A stretch of DNA of 64,000 bases, taken from NCBI GenBank assembly GCA_017444395.1, contig JAFSWT010000136.1:3795-67794 (forward strand), in the 5' to 3' direction. The notes under the pieces are model-generated. The model saw nothing but the letters and a program-made list of their open reading frames with translations, did not search any database and was not told the origin of the DNA. Positions 26,238-35,613 of the stretch are shown piece after piece. The translations under genes and the position numbers were made by a program. How positions within the stretch are numbered: the first letter of the stretch is position 1; every line of letters starts with the position of its first letter. Origin of the DNA: Schwartzia sp. (in: firmicutes). GTDB taxonomy: Bacteria; Bacillota; Negativicutes; Selenomonadales; Selenomonadaceae.

Positions 26238-27332
26238 TTACATATTGTCAAAAACCCGCTGTACCATTCGCGCGATTTTTTCCTGAGAAACGGTGAGGAC
26301 AATCCGGGCGCGCTGCGTTCCCTCGGGAGCGTTGCCGAGATAGGCCAGCGTCTGCCCGTAGGACGGCGACCAGACATCGTTGACATCCACCGGCAGTGTC
26401 CGCTCCTCGGTGATGACCGTGGGATCGATGATCAGCGCCGCCGCCAACACATCCCAGATGAAGGTCGGCCCCTCGCCGGAGGCGAACCGCTCCACCAGAT
26501 AATGGCGTTCCATCATCTGCCGGTACAGGGGATTCCTGATCCGCCGGGAAAGGCCGGCGAACTCCTCCGCGGTGAGGCTCATCTTCTCGCAGGCGTCCAG
26601 CGGAACGATGATCTGCTCCTTCCAGGGAGCGCGCATCACGGCCTTCGCTGCCGACGGGTCAATCCAGACATTGAATTCCGCCGCCGGCGTCACGTTGCCC
26701 TGCTGGAAGAACGCCCCGCTCATATAGACAATGCGCTTCGTGAGCGGCACGATTTCCGGCGCTTTGGCAATGGCTGCCGCCAGATTCGTGCAGGGGCCGA
26801 TGGCGAGAAGCGTCACCTGATTCGGATTTTCCTTCACCAGCCGGATGATGAGGTCCTCCGGTCGCTCCTCCACCGGGCCGAAGGATGGCTCCGCCTGATA
26901 ATGCGCCCGGTACGCGCTCCGCCAGTCCGAGGGCTCCGGATACCCCGCCGCCCCCATGTGACCATCGTGGCCGCGGCCGAAAAGCTGCTTCTCCTTCTCC
27001 ATATTGGCCAGACGCTCCCGCATCGCCCGGTCCGGCAAACCGGCCGCCACCGGCACGTCCGTCAGCCCCATCCCTTCCAGTTGGCGAATGGTATAAGCGA
27101 CGCAATCCTCCACCCAGACATTGCCGGTCGTGACCGTAACGCCGATGAGCTCCGCCCGCGACGATTGGGCCAGCATCAGCATCGCCACCCCGTCGTCGAA
27201 CAGCTCCACCATATCGGCGTCAAGCAGCACCTTTTCCCGCGCCTCCCCCCGCGCCGGGAAGATGAACCCCGCCACCGCCAAAAGGCAGAGCAGGAAATAC
27301 CCCAACCGATGAAAAGTCCCTCGCTGTTTCAT
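26238..27332 (-). CDS. Nucleoside hydrolase (IUNH family) with N-terminal signal/anchor
   Basis: 364 aa. It has a hydrophobic N-terminus, and LLDADMVELFDDGVAM is a variant of the DxDxxxDD motif. Confidence 0.75.
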   Translation of the reverse strand: MKQRGTFHRLGYFLLCLLAVAGFIFPARGEAREKVLLDADMVELFDDGVAMLMLAQSSRAELIGVTVTTGNVWVEDCVAYTIRQLEGMGLTDVPVAAGLPDRAMRERLANMEKEKQLFGRGHDGHMGAAGYPEPSDWRSAYRAHYQAEPSFGPVEERPEDLIIRLVKENPNQVTLLAIGPCTNLAAAIAKAPEIVPLTKRIVYMSGAFFQQGNVTPAAEFNVWIDPSAAKAVMRAPWKEQIIVPLDACEKMSLTAEEFAGLSRRIRNPLYRQMMERHYLVERFASGEGPTFIWDVLAAALIIDPTVITEERTLPVDVNDVWSPSYGQTLAYLGNAPEGTQRARIVLTVSQEKIARMVQRVFDNM

Positions 27333-27622
27333 GACGAAACCTCCTTCATTATATATAGAGTCCTTGACGAAATTCCGGAGGACCTTGCCCTCCTTCCGAC
27401 AGCGAGCCGCTATTTACACACAGGCTGAAACCTACTCCCTCCTCCTGTGCGCAAATATATCCGGCCGGTATTATTTTCGCACGGTTCAAGGGGAAAATCA
27501 ACCCCGGAAAATGGATTCCTTTTCCCAAACAGGGCAACCATTGGCCAAAAGTCAGGCGAACGCCTGATGAAGCGAAAAATCATCGGCACAGCGCCGGATT
27601 CGCGCATCGGCGGAAATGTCCC

Positions 27623-27651
27623 TTGACTTTTCCCGCCGTTTCCGTTATAGT
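27623..27651 (+). promoter_or_regulatory. Promoter of the nucleotidyltransferase gene
   Basis: TTGACT, a 17-nt spacer, then TATAGT, about 100 nt upstream of the ATG at 27754. Confidence 0.5.
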
Positions 27652-27753
27652 GGTTCCTGAAAACGGGGATATGGCTTCCGGCGCTCTTCAGGGGCGTCCG
27701 GGTGTTGTCCGCGTTTTTTGTTTTCCTATATCATTCCGAAGGAGGGACCGCCC

Positions 27754-28764
27754 ATGGAGTACCAAGCCATTCTCGCGCGGCCGGAATACGATTTCCTGCG
27801 AACCGATCCCCGGCTGAAGCATATCTGCTATCTGACGCTTTCCGGTTCCCATGCCTACGGCACGAATGTCGAGGGCTCGGATCTCGATATCCGGGGCGTC
27901 GCGCTGGAGGACACGGACGACCTGCTGCTGGGGCGGGGGCTGGAACAGGTGGAGGACCGGACAACGGATACCGTGATTTACGGTCTGCAAAAATTCGTTG
28001 GCATCTGCCGGGACTGCAACCCGAACTCGGTGGAGCTTCTGGGCACGCGGCCGGAGCATATCCTCTACATGAATCCCATCGGGCAGATGTTGCGGGAGAG
28101 CGCCTCCCTGTTCCTGACGAAGCGGGCCGGACAGACCTTCGCCGGGTACGCCACCGCCCAGCTCCGCCGCATCCAGAACGCCCTGGCCCACGACCGCTAT
28201 CCCCAGGCGGAAAAGGAGCTTCACATCAAGAAGTCCATCGACTCCATGATGATGATTCTCCGGGAGCAGTATCATCTGGCGGACGGCGACTTCACCTTCG
28301 GCCTGGGAGACGTCCCCGACCGGCCCGGCGAAAAGGAGGTCACGGTCTCCGTCCGGGTGGAGGGGATGTCGCTGCGCCGCTTCATCGCCGTGAATTCCGA
28401 CCTGCGCACCATGCTCCGCAACTACGACAAGCTAAACCACCGCAACCGCAAGAAGGACGACGGCCACCTCTACAAGCACGCCATGCACCTCGTGCGACTC
28501 TACCTGACCGGCATCGACGTCCTCGAGGGCCGCGGCATCCGGACGTACCGGGCTGACGATTTGCCGCTGCTGATGAAAATCCGGCGGCAGGAGATGGCGC
28601 TGGAGGAAGTTTTCGCGCTGGCGGAGAAACTGGAGGAACGGCTGCGGCAGGCTTTCACCACCTCCGCCCTCCCCTCCGCCCCCGATCACGCCCCCATCGA
28701 CGCCCTGCTGCTCAAAGCCTACGCCCGGCGGAACGAGGTCAGCTACTATGGGGATAAGGAATAA
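27754..28764 (+). CDS. Pol-beta superfamily nucleotidyltransferase (YcgL/RlaP-like)
   Basis: The start is trimmed to MEYQAIL, with RBS GAAGGAGGG upstream. LSGSHAYGTNVEGSDLDIRGV is a GS-x-DxD nucleotidyltransferase motif. Confidence 0.6.
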   Translation: MEYQAILARPEYDFLRTDPRLKHICYLTLSGSHAYGTNVEGSDLDIRGVALEDTDDLLLGRGLEQVEDRTTDTVIYGLQKFVGICRDCNPNSVELLGTRPEHILYMNPIGQMLRESASLFLTKRAGQTFAGYATAQLRRIQNALAHDRYPQAEKELHIKKSIDSMMMILREQYHLADGDFTFGLGDVPDRPGEKEVTVSVRVEGMSLRRFIAVNSDLRTMLRNYDKLNHRNRKKDDGHLYKHAMHLVRLYLTGIDVLEGRGIRTYRADDLPLLMKIRRQEMALEEVFALAEKLEERLRQAFTTSALPSAPDHAPIDALLLKAYARRNEVSYYGDKE

Positions 28765-28817
28765 TCCATGCCGATGATTCTCCGCCATCCCATCGTTTGT
28801 TTACATGATGTCAACAA

Positions 28818-28852
28818 CAAACAGCCGCCTGTCACAGAAACAGGCGGCTGTT
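28818..28852 (+). terminator. Hairpin terminator, copy 1 of a duplicated 35-nt hairpin
   Basis: CAAACAGCCGCCTGTCACAGAAACAGGCGGCTGTT. It matches 29237-29271 at about 32 of 35 positions. Confidence 0.6.
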
Positions 28853-28904
28853 ATCATTTTAGCGGGGATTGTATGGATATACTATTTGAAATCCATGCGG
28901 GCGT

Positions 28905-29138
28905 TTAACTCCTGTCATTTTCCCGCAGCCCCTTAATGTATTCGTTGGTTTTCTCTACGCTTCCGAACAAAGGCCCCGCGCTGCCCGAATACCGGCTCAG
29001 ATCGATTTCCCTTTCCCGAACGGCGGGCTTCGCCTTCAGGACGGTAATCATCACCCGTTGCCCCTCAGACAGCGGCAACGCTTCATCCATAATGAAGACA
29101 TTCCCTCCGCCATAGGTTGCCGTAACCGCTTCCAACAT
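28905..29138 (-). CDS. DUF104-type antitoxin-like protein (orphan)
   Basis: 77 aa. MLEAVTATYGGGNVFIMDEALPLSEGQRVMITV follows the DUF104 pattern (A.Y.NG.F.....LPEG..V.I). No toxin ORF is adjacent. Confidence 0.5.
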   Translation of the reverse strand: MLEAVTATYGGGNVFIMDEALPLSEGQRVMITVLKAKPAVREREIDLSRYSGSAGPLFGSVEKTNEYIKGLRENDRS

Positions 29139-29236
29139 AGCGATTCCTCCTTGTTTTTCCGCGCTATTGCTCTTTCCTGTCTATTGTCTCATTTATCAGC
29201 GAGAAAATCAACCCCTTCGGAAACCTGTTATAACGT

Positions 29237-29272
29237 CAAACAGCCGCCTGTCGCAAAAACAGGCGGCTTTTT
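29237..29272 (+). repeat. Copy 2 of the duplicated terminator hairpin
   Basis: CAAACAGCCGCCTGTCGCAAAAACAGGCGGCTTTTT. It may also serve the convergent nrdG gene. Confidence 0.6.
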
Positions 29273-29289
29273 ATATGGAGGCACCGGAT

Positions 29290-29790
29290 TCAGTCCTCGT
29301 ATTTCAGGCAAATATGATCTCCCTCGCGGGTCGCGGCGAGGTCGATGACGCGCTGGTTCCGGGAGCCGCGGAAGCGCAGGGTGAGGTCGCGCTGGGCTTC
29401 GATGAAAGGGCCGTCCACCAGGACGTCGATTTCGGCCAGCAGGGCATCCACATCGGGGTCGTGCATTTCCCAAAGGGCCTCCAGCGTGTAACCGGTGTAG
29501 CACCAGACGGTGAGGGGGCGCTGATGGACGGCCCGGGCCAACTCCGCCAGCGGTGCCGGTTGGGCGAAGGGCTCGCCGCCGCTGAAGGTGACGCCGGCCA
29601 GCAGGGGATTCTGCAGGATGTCCGGCAGGAGGTCCATCGCCTCGACTTCGCGGCCGCCGGCCGGGTCCCAGGTGGCGGGATTCTGACAACCCGGACAGTG
29701 ATGGGGGCAGCCCTGGGTGAAGATGGTGAAGCGATAGCCGTCCCCGTCCACCACGGAGTCGTTGACAGTGCCGGCGATGCGAAGTTGCAT
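29290..29790 (-). CDS. nrdG: Anaerobic ribonucleoside-triphosphate reductase activating protein
   Basis: 166 aa. It has DGDGYRFTIFTQGCPHHCPGCQNP and FSGGEP motifs. Confidence 0.85.
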   Translation of the reverse strand: MQLRIAGTVNDSVVDGDGYRFTIFTQGCPHHCPGCQNPATWDPAGGREVEAMDLLPDILQNPLLAGVTFSGGEPFAQPAPLAELARAVHQRPLTVWCYTGYTLEALWEMHDPDVDALLAEIDVLVDGPFIEAQRDLTLRFRGSRNQRVIDLAATREGDHICLKYED

Positions 29791-29924
29791 GGCGATTCTT
29801 CCTTCCTGAAATACGGCATCGATGGCCGAAGATATTTCCGTTTAGTGTACTACGGCGGCCGGGGCCTGTCAATCGGGCAAAAGGTCTCGTGACCGGTACC
29901 GGTGCCCGTAGAAAATGACCGGCG

Positions 29925-30878
29925 TCATTTCCGGTAGCCGGTGGCGAAGTCCACTTCGTTGCGCAGGGGATGGCCCGCCAGATAGTTGGCCAGGTTACCG
30001 GCGGCGATGCGCACGATGTTGTCGGTGGTGGCGGCCAGGTGGTTCTGCCCGGAGATATGGGGCGTGATATAGAGATTCGGGACTTTCCAGAGCGGATGGT
30101 CTGGCGGCAGCGGCTCCGGCTCGGTGACGTCCACCGCCGCACCGGCCAGATGACCGCTCCCGACCGCCGCCGCCAGATCCTCGCTGACGACAGAGAAGCC
30201 GCGGCCGATGTTCAGGAAATAAGCGTGCTCCTTCATGGCGGCAAAACGCCCGGCGTCAAAAAGATGGCGGGTGGCCGGCGTGCCGGGGAGGGCGGCGGCC
30301 ACGATGTCGGCCCGGGCAAGGCAGCCGTCAAGCTGCTCGATGGGGGCCATCTCGTCCACTTCGGGGGGCGGTGCCGACGGGCGGCGGCGGATGCCGATGA
30401 CGTGGGCGCCCATTGCCTTGACAAGCCGGGCGAAGGCGGTGCCGACGTCGCCCAGCCCCACGATCAGAACGACGGCACCGGCGACGGAGGTGACCGGCCC
30501 TTCATCGCGCCAGAGGCAGCGGCGCTGATTGTCGTAATAGAGGTAGAGCTTCTTCATCATGGCCAGGAGCTGGCCCAGCATGTGCTCGGAAAGCGCCAGA
30601 CCGTAAGCGCCGGTGGCGTTGGTAAGAACCGTCCCGGGCGGCAGGACGCCGGGCTGGCAGTAAGCGTCAGCCCCGGCGGTGTTGAGCTGGAGCCAGCGGA
30701 GGCGGGTTGCCGCCGGCAGGAGACGGGGCGGCAGGTTGCCGATGACGACCTCGGCCTCCCGGACATCATCTTCCGAAAGACGATCGACGGAGCGGTAGGT
30801 GATTTCCTTTCCCGGGGCGCTGGCGGCAAGCCAGTCGCGGTGATGGGGTCGGGTGTTCATGACGACGAGGATTTTCAT
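29925..30878 (-). CDS. D-isomer-specific 2-hydroxyacid dehydrogenase family protein
   Basis: It starts MKILVVM. The NAD motif is VLIVGLGDVGTAFARL, and ITPHISG is near the C-terminus. Confidence 0.85.
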   Translation of the reverse strand: MKILVVMNTRPHHRDWLAASAPGKEITYRSVDRLSEDDVREAEVVIGNLPPRLLPAATRLRWLQLNTAGADAYCQPGVLPPGTVLTNATGAYGLALSEHMLGQLLAMMKKLYLYYDNQRRCLWRDEGPVTSVAGAVVLIVGLGDVGTAFARLVKAMGAHVIGIRRRPSAPPPEVDEMAPIEQLDGCLARADIVAAALPGTPATRHLFDAGRFAAMKEHAYFLNIGRGFSVVSEDLAAAVGSGHLAGAAVDVTEPEPLPPDHPLWKVPNLYITPHISGQNHLAATTDNIVRIAAGNLANYLAGHPLRNEVDFATGYRK

Positions 30879-30914
30879 GGGGAACGCCTCCTTTTCCATA
30901 CAAAAAACAAAACG

Positions 30915-31313
30915 TTATCCGAAGAGGAGAAGTCCGGCCAGAAAACTGGCGGCGTTGGTCAAAAGCAGCACCCGGAACAGCCGGGCGGCGGGCGTGGATT
31001 CAAGGAAACGGCGGCAGAGGGTGAATTCCAGCGCCAGCACGAGGACTTCGCCCAGCAACACCCAGGCGCCGAAGTGCGGCGAATCGACGACTTCGGTCAG
31101 GGATTCGTTCAGCAGGAGGTTGCTGATGACATTGACGAGGGCGAACCGCAGGCAATCCGCCAGCCGCCGGTAGCCGGCGAGAAAAAAGAGCGGCGTTTCC
31201 ACAGCGACAGTCAGCAGCACCGCCAGAAGAATCTCCGGCTGTTCCCCCAGGTCGCCGGGGAAAAGGGCAGGGGAGGCAGGAACGATATCAGCGAAAATCA
31301 CACAATTTCCCAC
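30915..31313 (-). CDS. Small membrane protein of unknown function
   Basis: 132 aa and about 4 TM segments. It overlaps the stop of the upstream membrane gene. Confidence 0.5.
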   Translation of the reverse strand: MGNCVIFADIVPASPALFPGDLGEQPEILLAVLLTVAVETPLFFLAGYRRLADCLRFALVNVISNLLLNESLTEVVDSPHFGAWVLLGEVLVLALEFTLCRRFLESTPAARLFRVLLLTNAASFLAGLLLFG

Positions 31314-32314
31314 CTTTCATCAACCCCCTGACGGGCCAGCAGCCAGCCCGCCAGGGAAAGTCCCAGAAATTGCAGCGTGACGAGGGCGGCGGAGGGGATA
31401 AAGAGGGTCCGGCCGAAGAAAACCCCCGGCAGCAGGCAGCCCGCCGCCAAACCGAAAGCCAGCCCCGGAAAACGGGGAAGACAGCGGTACGCCAGGCACA
31501 GCGTCAACGGCATAGCCATGTTGAAGGCGAGGGCCAAAGCCACGGCGCCGATCAGCCCTCCGGCCTGCAGAGCGAGAAAACCCAACAGGAAGAGAAGCAG
31601 GATGATCCGACGATAGCCGAGCCGGTCGCCCAGCAGACCGCCCAACGCCTTGCCCGCCGCAAAAACGCAGGGGAAGAGCATCACGCTGTCCGTCACCGCG
31701 CCGCCGCCGCCAAAGCCGCGCAGAATCACGCAAAGGAGAACGAGCAGCAGGACCCCGGGCAGGACCGGCGCTCCGGCGGGAAAGACGAGGCAGGGGAGGG
31801 CCGCGTCTGACGTTCCCCGACGCAGGCAAAACAGAGCCCCGGCCGTCGCCAAAGCGTCCAACGCCAGGAAAGTGACGGGGCCGACAAGAGAGGCCAGGCC
31901 CAGCCCCAGCCCGATAGCGCCGCTGGAGACGAAAATACCGGGCGCCAGATAGCCGGCGAAGCGGCGCAGGACCATGCCGCCGCCCGCCGCGTGAAAAACG
32001 CAGTTCCCCAGCCCCAGCAGCACCGCCTGCCGGAAGATGCCGACAGCCGGGTAACTGCCCGCCGCCAGCAACAACAGGGAGAGGACCAGCGCCGGCGCCA
32101 TCCAGCGGGGCCGCCAATCCAGCAGCCATCCCGTCAGCCATTGGCCGCCGAAGGCGATGAGATTATAGAGGGAGAAGTGGAACAGGATGGGCTCGAAGTC
32201 AGGCTCGGCCGTCGCGTAGGCGGCCAGCGCCGCGCCACAGGCCCCGTCCACCGTCAGATGGAGCAGCGTCAGGAGCGGCAGCAGAATCCGTCCCTCAGCC
32301 ATTGTCCGATTCAT
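31298..32314 (-). CDS. Polytopic membrane protein of unknown function
   Basis: 338 aa and about 10 TM segments, with an apparent two-half internal repeat. I recognise no family. Confidence 0.55.
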   Translation of the reverse strand: MNRTMAEGRILLPLLTLLHLTVDGACGAALAAYATAEPDFEPILFHFSLYNLIAFGGQWLTGWLLDWRPRWMAPALVLSLLLLAAGSYPAVGIFRQAVLLGLGNCVFHAAGGGMVLRRFAGYLAPGIFVSSGAIGLGLGLASLVGPVTFLALDALATAGALFCLRRGTSDAALPCLVFPAGAPVLPGVLLLVLLCVILRGFGGGGAVTDSVMLFPCVFAAGKALGGLLGDRLGYRRIILLLFLLGFLALQAGGLIGAVALALAFNMAMPLTLCLAYRCLPRFPGLAFGLAAGCLLPGVFFGRTLFIPSAALVTLQFLGLSLAGWLLARQGVDERWEIV

Positions 32315-32804
32315 CGGTCTCAGTGAGGATGGGGAAACCGTCCTTGTTCTCCACGATCAGGCGGCGGGTGAAATGATACCGACGGCGGCGGCGCTTCTTT
32401 CCATAGGGCGTTTCAACGTAGCCGTCCTGGACGAACGCGGCCTTCAGCAGATATTCGGCCGTCTTGCCGTCCCCGGGAATACGGCCTTCGTACTCGGCGA
32501 CGTAGCGTTTATGATCTCCTCCCTTGAAGGGCGTCGTATCGGACTGAACCAGCGTGTCCGTTTCGAGATCGCGGAGCGTGTATTCGAGCTGACCGGCCCC
32601 CGGCAGCGAGAATTCCATCGCCAGGACAAATTTGTCTTCCCACCGTTCATTGATGAAAACCTTCAATTCGGCCGCAGTTTCGTCATACTCCCGCGCGGGC
32701 CGACGCGGGCCGGGACGCTCGGGCCAGGCGGCATCGGCCTGAACAACCGCCGGAACGGCGGCAAAGGCAAAAAACAGCGACAGCATCCAAACCAGTCGTT
32801 TCAT
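32295..32804 (-). CDS. Secreted protein of unknown function
   Basis: The start is trimmed to MKRLVWMLSLFFAFAAVPAVVQADA (signal peptide), with RBS GGAGGTG upstream. An RRRRR patch lies near the C-terminus. Confidence 0.55.
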   Translation of the reverse strand: MKRLVWMLSLFFAFAAVPAVVQADAAWPERPGPRRPAREYDETAAELKVFINERWEDKFVLAMEFSLPGAGQLEYTLRDLETDTLVQSDTTPFKGGDHKRYVAEYEGRIPGDGKTAEYLLKAAFVQDGYVETPYGKKRRRRRYHFTRRLIVENKDGFPILTETDESDNG

Positions 32805-32902
32805 GGAATCAAACACCTCCAAAACAGAAATGATGGACTTTGATGTGATTTTCAGGCAAGAATCCTTCCCCGCGCCGTATCGGCGATACCCACCCCGGGA
32901 AA

Positions 32903-33445
32903 TCACCGGGGCGCCGCGCCGATAACGGCCGCCAGTTCCTCCACGCCGGCGGTGAAGCGGATGGCCCCGGCCCAGACGGGGTCGAGGAATCCTTCCGCCG
33001 CCATATGGGCGAAGCAGGCGCGCAGCGGCTCGTAATACCCGTCGAGGTTCAAAAAACAGAAGGGCTTTTGGATCCGCGAGAGCTTCGACAGCACCATGAC
33101 CTCGGTGATTTCCTGCAATGTCCCGAGGCCACCGGGAAAGGCGATGAAGGCGTCGCCGAGCTCGATCATCCGCCGCTGGCGTTCGGCCATCGTATCGGTG
33201 ACGATGAGCTCTGTCAGCCCCGGGTGCTGCACCTCGGATTCGACGAAAAACGCCGGCTCGACGCCGATGACCGGCGCCCCGTGGGCCAGGGCCGCGTCGG
33301 CCAGCGCGCCCATGAGTCCGGTGCGGCTGCCGCCGTAAACCAGGGTATGCCCCTGCTCTCCCAGCCACTGGCCCAGCCGGGCAGCGCCCTCGCGGTACAG
33401 GGGCCGGGCCCCCTCACTGGAGCCGAGATAAACGGTGATGTTCAT
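32903..33445 (-). CDS. LOG family protein (TIGR00730; nucleotide 5'-monophosphate nucleosidase-like)
   Basis: It has VYLGSS, LVYGGSRTGLMGALA and PGGLGTLQEITE motifs. Confidence 0.85.
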   Translation of the reverse strand: MNITVYLGSSEGARPLYREGAARLGQWLGEQGHTLVYGGSRTGLMGALADAALAHGAPVIGVEPAFFVESEVQHPGLTELIVTDTMAERQRRMIELGDAFIAFPGGLGTLQEITEVMVLSKLSRIQKPFCFLNLDGYYEPLRACFAHMAAEGFLDPVWAGAIRFTAGVEELAAVIGAAPR

Positions 33446-33551
33446 GGCGATTTCCTTTCGGCTGCCGTCGTTGTCCCGCAGCCCAATCTCCCCGCCGGCG
33501 CGGGGATGTGATATAATGAAGGAAAAAATCCGTTTCCCCGCAATCCTCCCG

Positions 33552-34577
33552 TCACCGCAACGCCTTGACGATGCCGGCCCGGGTTTTCTCGGAGATGGCC
33601 AGTCCCTCCAGCGCTTTCAGGAACGCCTCCCGGACCAGCGCCCGCTCCGCCGGATCCTTTACCCGGAAGGAATAGCGGGGCGCATCCGCCACCGGCGCCC
33701 GGAGCGCGGCCAGCACCGCTTCGTAATCGTCCTGCCCCGCCAGCGCCTTCAGTTGCTTCAACTGGGCCGCCTTGAGCCGCAGCGGGAACAGCCCCTCCGT
33801 TTCGGCGACGCGGCGCTGGACGTCCTCCGGCAAATCCGCCAGGGCGCTGGCCTCATTGAGCCCCAGCTCCCGCGGCACCCGGGCCAGAAGCTCCGGCCGG
33901 AGGTTCCGGGCGATGTGCAGATAGAGCTTTATGGAGGAAGCGCTTTTCTGAGTGAGCCGGGCCAGCTGGGACAGGATGGAGCCCTTGCCGTCGTTGTAGG
34001 ATTTCTCGTCCTTCAACAGCGCCGCCAGCCGCACCATCGCCAGGATGAACTTCGGCGTGACCTCTTTGGCCCGCTGTACCAGATTGCTCAGGATGATGAT
34101 TTTCTGCGCCTCGTGGTCGTCCAGACTGGTAGCCCGGTAGATGTGGGCCGGAATCTCCTCATACCCTTCGCCGGGATAGGCGTCGTTGAGCTTTTCGAAG
34201 CAGGCGGCGCGGTTGTGGCCGGAGAGGATCATGTAGCTCTTGTCCTCGCGTTCCCAGACGGTGATGGGGTGGGTGAGGCCGTAAGTATGGATATTGCTCA
34301 GCATCATCGCCATGCCTTCGAGGGCGATGGGCTCGAAGAAGTTCCACTCCGGCGGGGCGGGGCGCAGGGCGGTCAGCGGCAGCGGCCGCGTCTCGTCGCA
34401 CTGGATGGCGTTGGTCGCCTCGTAGTCCGCTTCCTCGTAGCGAAAGGGCTTTGCCGGGGCCTCGGTGATGGCCCGGACATCCGCCGGGGCCAGGCCGCTG
34501 AACTCGCCCACGGTGCTCATGAGCGGCGTATCGGCGCCCATGGCCTTGACGTTCAGGGTGAATTTATTTTTCGCCAA
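33552..34577 (-). CDS. ParB N-terminal domain (ParB/Srx-like) protein
   Basis: 341 aa. HPITVWEREDKSYMILSGHNRAACF is a ParB-box-like motif. It overlaps the upstream ParA-like gene by 14 nt. Confidence 0.7.
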   Translation of the reverse strand: MAKNKFTLNVKAMGADTPLMSTVGEFSGLAPADVRAITEAPAKPFRYEEADYEATNAIQCDETRPLPLTALRPAPPEWNFFEPIALEGMAMMLSNIHTYGLTHPITVWEREDKSYMILSGHNRAACFEKLNDAYPGEGYEEIPAHIYRATSLDDHEAQKIIILSNLVQRAKEVTPKFILAMVRLAALLKDEKSYNDGKGSILSQLARLTQKSASSIKLYLHIARNLRPELLARVPRELGLNEASALADLPEDVQRRVAETEGLFPLRLKAAQLKQLKALAGQDDYEAVLAALRAPVADAPRYSFRVKDPAERALVREAFLKALEGLAISEKTRAGIVKALR

Positions 34578-35613
34578 TTCTCTCCACGACCTCCTTCAAG
34601 ACTTTCGCGATGTCCTTCGATACCCGGCTCGACGGGTACTTGTCCGTTACCGGCGTCAGATCGGTCTGCGCCTTGTTCACGTCCTCGCCGATGGTGGTGA
34701 CGCTCTGCAGCACGAACCCGGGATAGAGCTCCCGGAACTGCGGGATGAGCTGATGGGCCAGCATCGTATTGGCGTTGACCTTATTGAAATAGAAGCCGGC
34801 GAAGAAATCGGCGTCGGGGACGGACTTGCCCTTCATCTGGGTGATGAACTTCAGCGTATCGTTGGCGCCATCAATGCCGTCCCGGTCCGGCGTCAGCGGG
34901 ATGAAGAACTTCGTCGCCGCCAGGATGATCGGCACCATGTCGTGCTCGATGGAGGGGCGGGTGTCGATGAGCACCATGTCGTACTTCTGCAGGGCGTCGA
35001 TGGCGGTGAACAGCTCCTTGTAAGGGTTGCGCTGCTGAATCATGGCGTCGTTGACCATCAGCCGGGTAGTGGAGATGGTGTCGGTGCAGATGATGATGTC
35101 GATTTTCGGGTACGGCGTCGGCAGCGTGAACGCCTCGACGTTGTTCCACTGGCCGATGGGCGACTCCAGGATCTCCTTGATGGCATCGCCGAGCTGCTGC
35201 TTGTTGCCCCGGTTGTCATCGGGGATATAGCCGAACTTCTTCGAGAGGTTGCCCTGGGGATCGGCGTCAATCAAAAGGACGCGCTTCTTCTTTCCCAGGA
35301 GATGGCCAAACGACGAAATCGTAAAGGTCTTGCCGACACCGCCCTTGTTGGCAGCACAGCAGAGAAACGTGGTATGGTTCTGGTACACGGGGGCTTCCTC
35401 CTTCACCGGCCGGTAGCGGCCGCTTTCGATATACTTTTGGATCAGGTCCTGCATGGCTTCGTCGATCAGATCGGACATCTGGACCGAGGTATAAAAACTC
35501 AGCCGGCGGAATTCGTCGGTGAGCTGGATTGACACCGTACTGGGCCAGCGCGTGCGCCGTTTTATCCGAATGATACGACCACCACCCTTCTGATACCTCT
35601 CTCCGGTAAACAT
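34564..35613 (-). CDS. ParA/Soj-type ATPase with an N-terminal ribbon-helix-helix-like extension
   Basis: Deviant Walker A is ANKGGVGKT, followed by LLIDADPQGNLS. The N-terminal segment TVSIQLTDEFRRLSFYTSVQMSDLIDEAMQDLIQKY follows a strand-helix-helix pattern. Confidence 0.8.
   Translation of the reverse strand: MFTGERYQKGGGRIIRIKRRTRWPSTVSIQLTDEFRRLSFYTSVQMSDLIDEAMQDLIQKYIESGRYRPVKEEAPVYQNHTTFLCCAANKGGVGKTFTISSFGHLLGKKKRVLLIDADPQGNLSKKFGYIPDDNRGNKQQLGDAIKEILESPIGQWNNVEAFTLPTPYPKIDIIICTDTISTTRLMVNDAMIQQRNPYKELFTAIDALQKYDMVLIDTRPSIEHDMVPIILAATKFFIPLTPDRDGIDGANDTLKFITQMKGKSVPDADFFAGFYFNKVNANTMLAHQLIPQFRELYPGFVLQSVTTIGEDVNKAQTDLTPVTDKYPSSRVSKDIAKVLKEVVERIGEK

Noticed and set aside
32805-33368. 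The N-terminal 188 aa of the 357-aa ORF 32295-33368.
   Set aside because: This part overlaps the well-supported LOG gene in another frame and is Arg/Gly-rich. A signal-peptide start with a GGAGGTG RBS exists at 32804.
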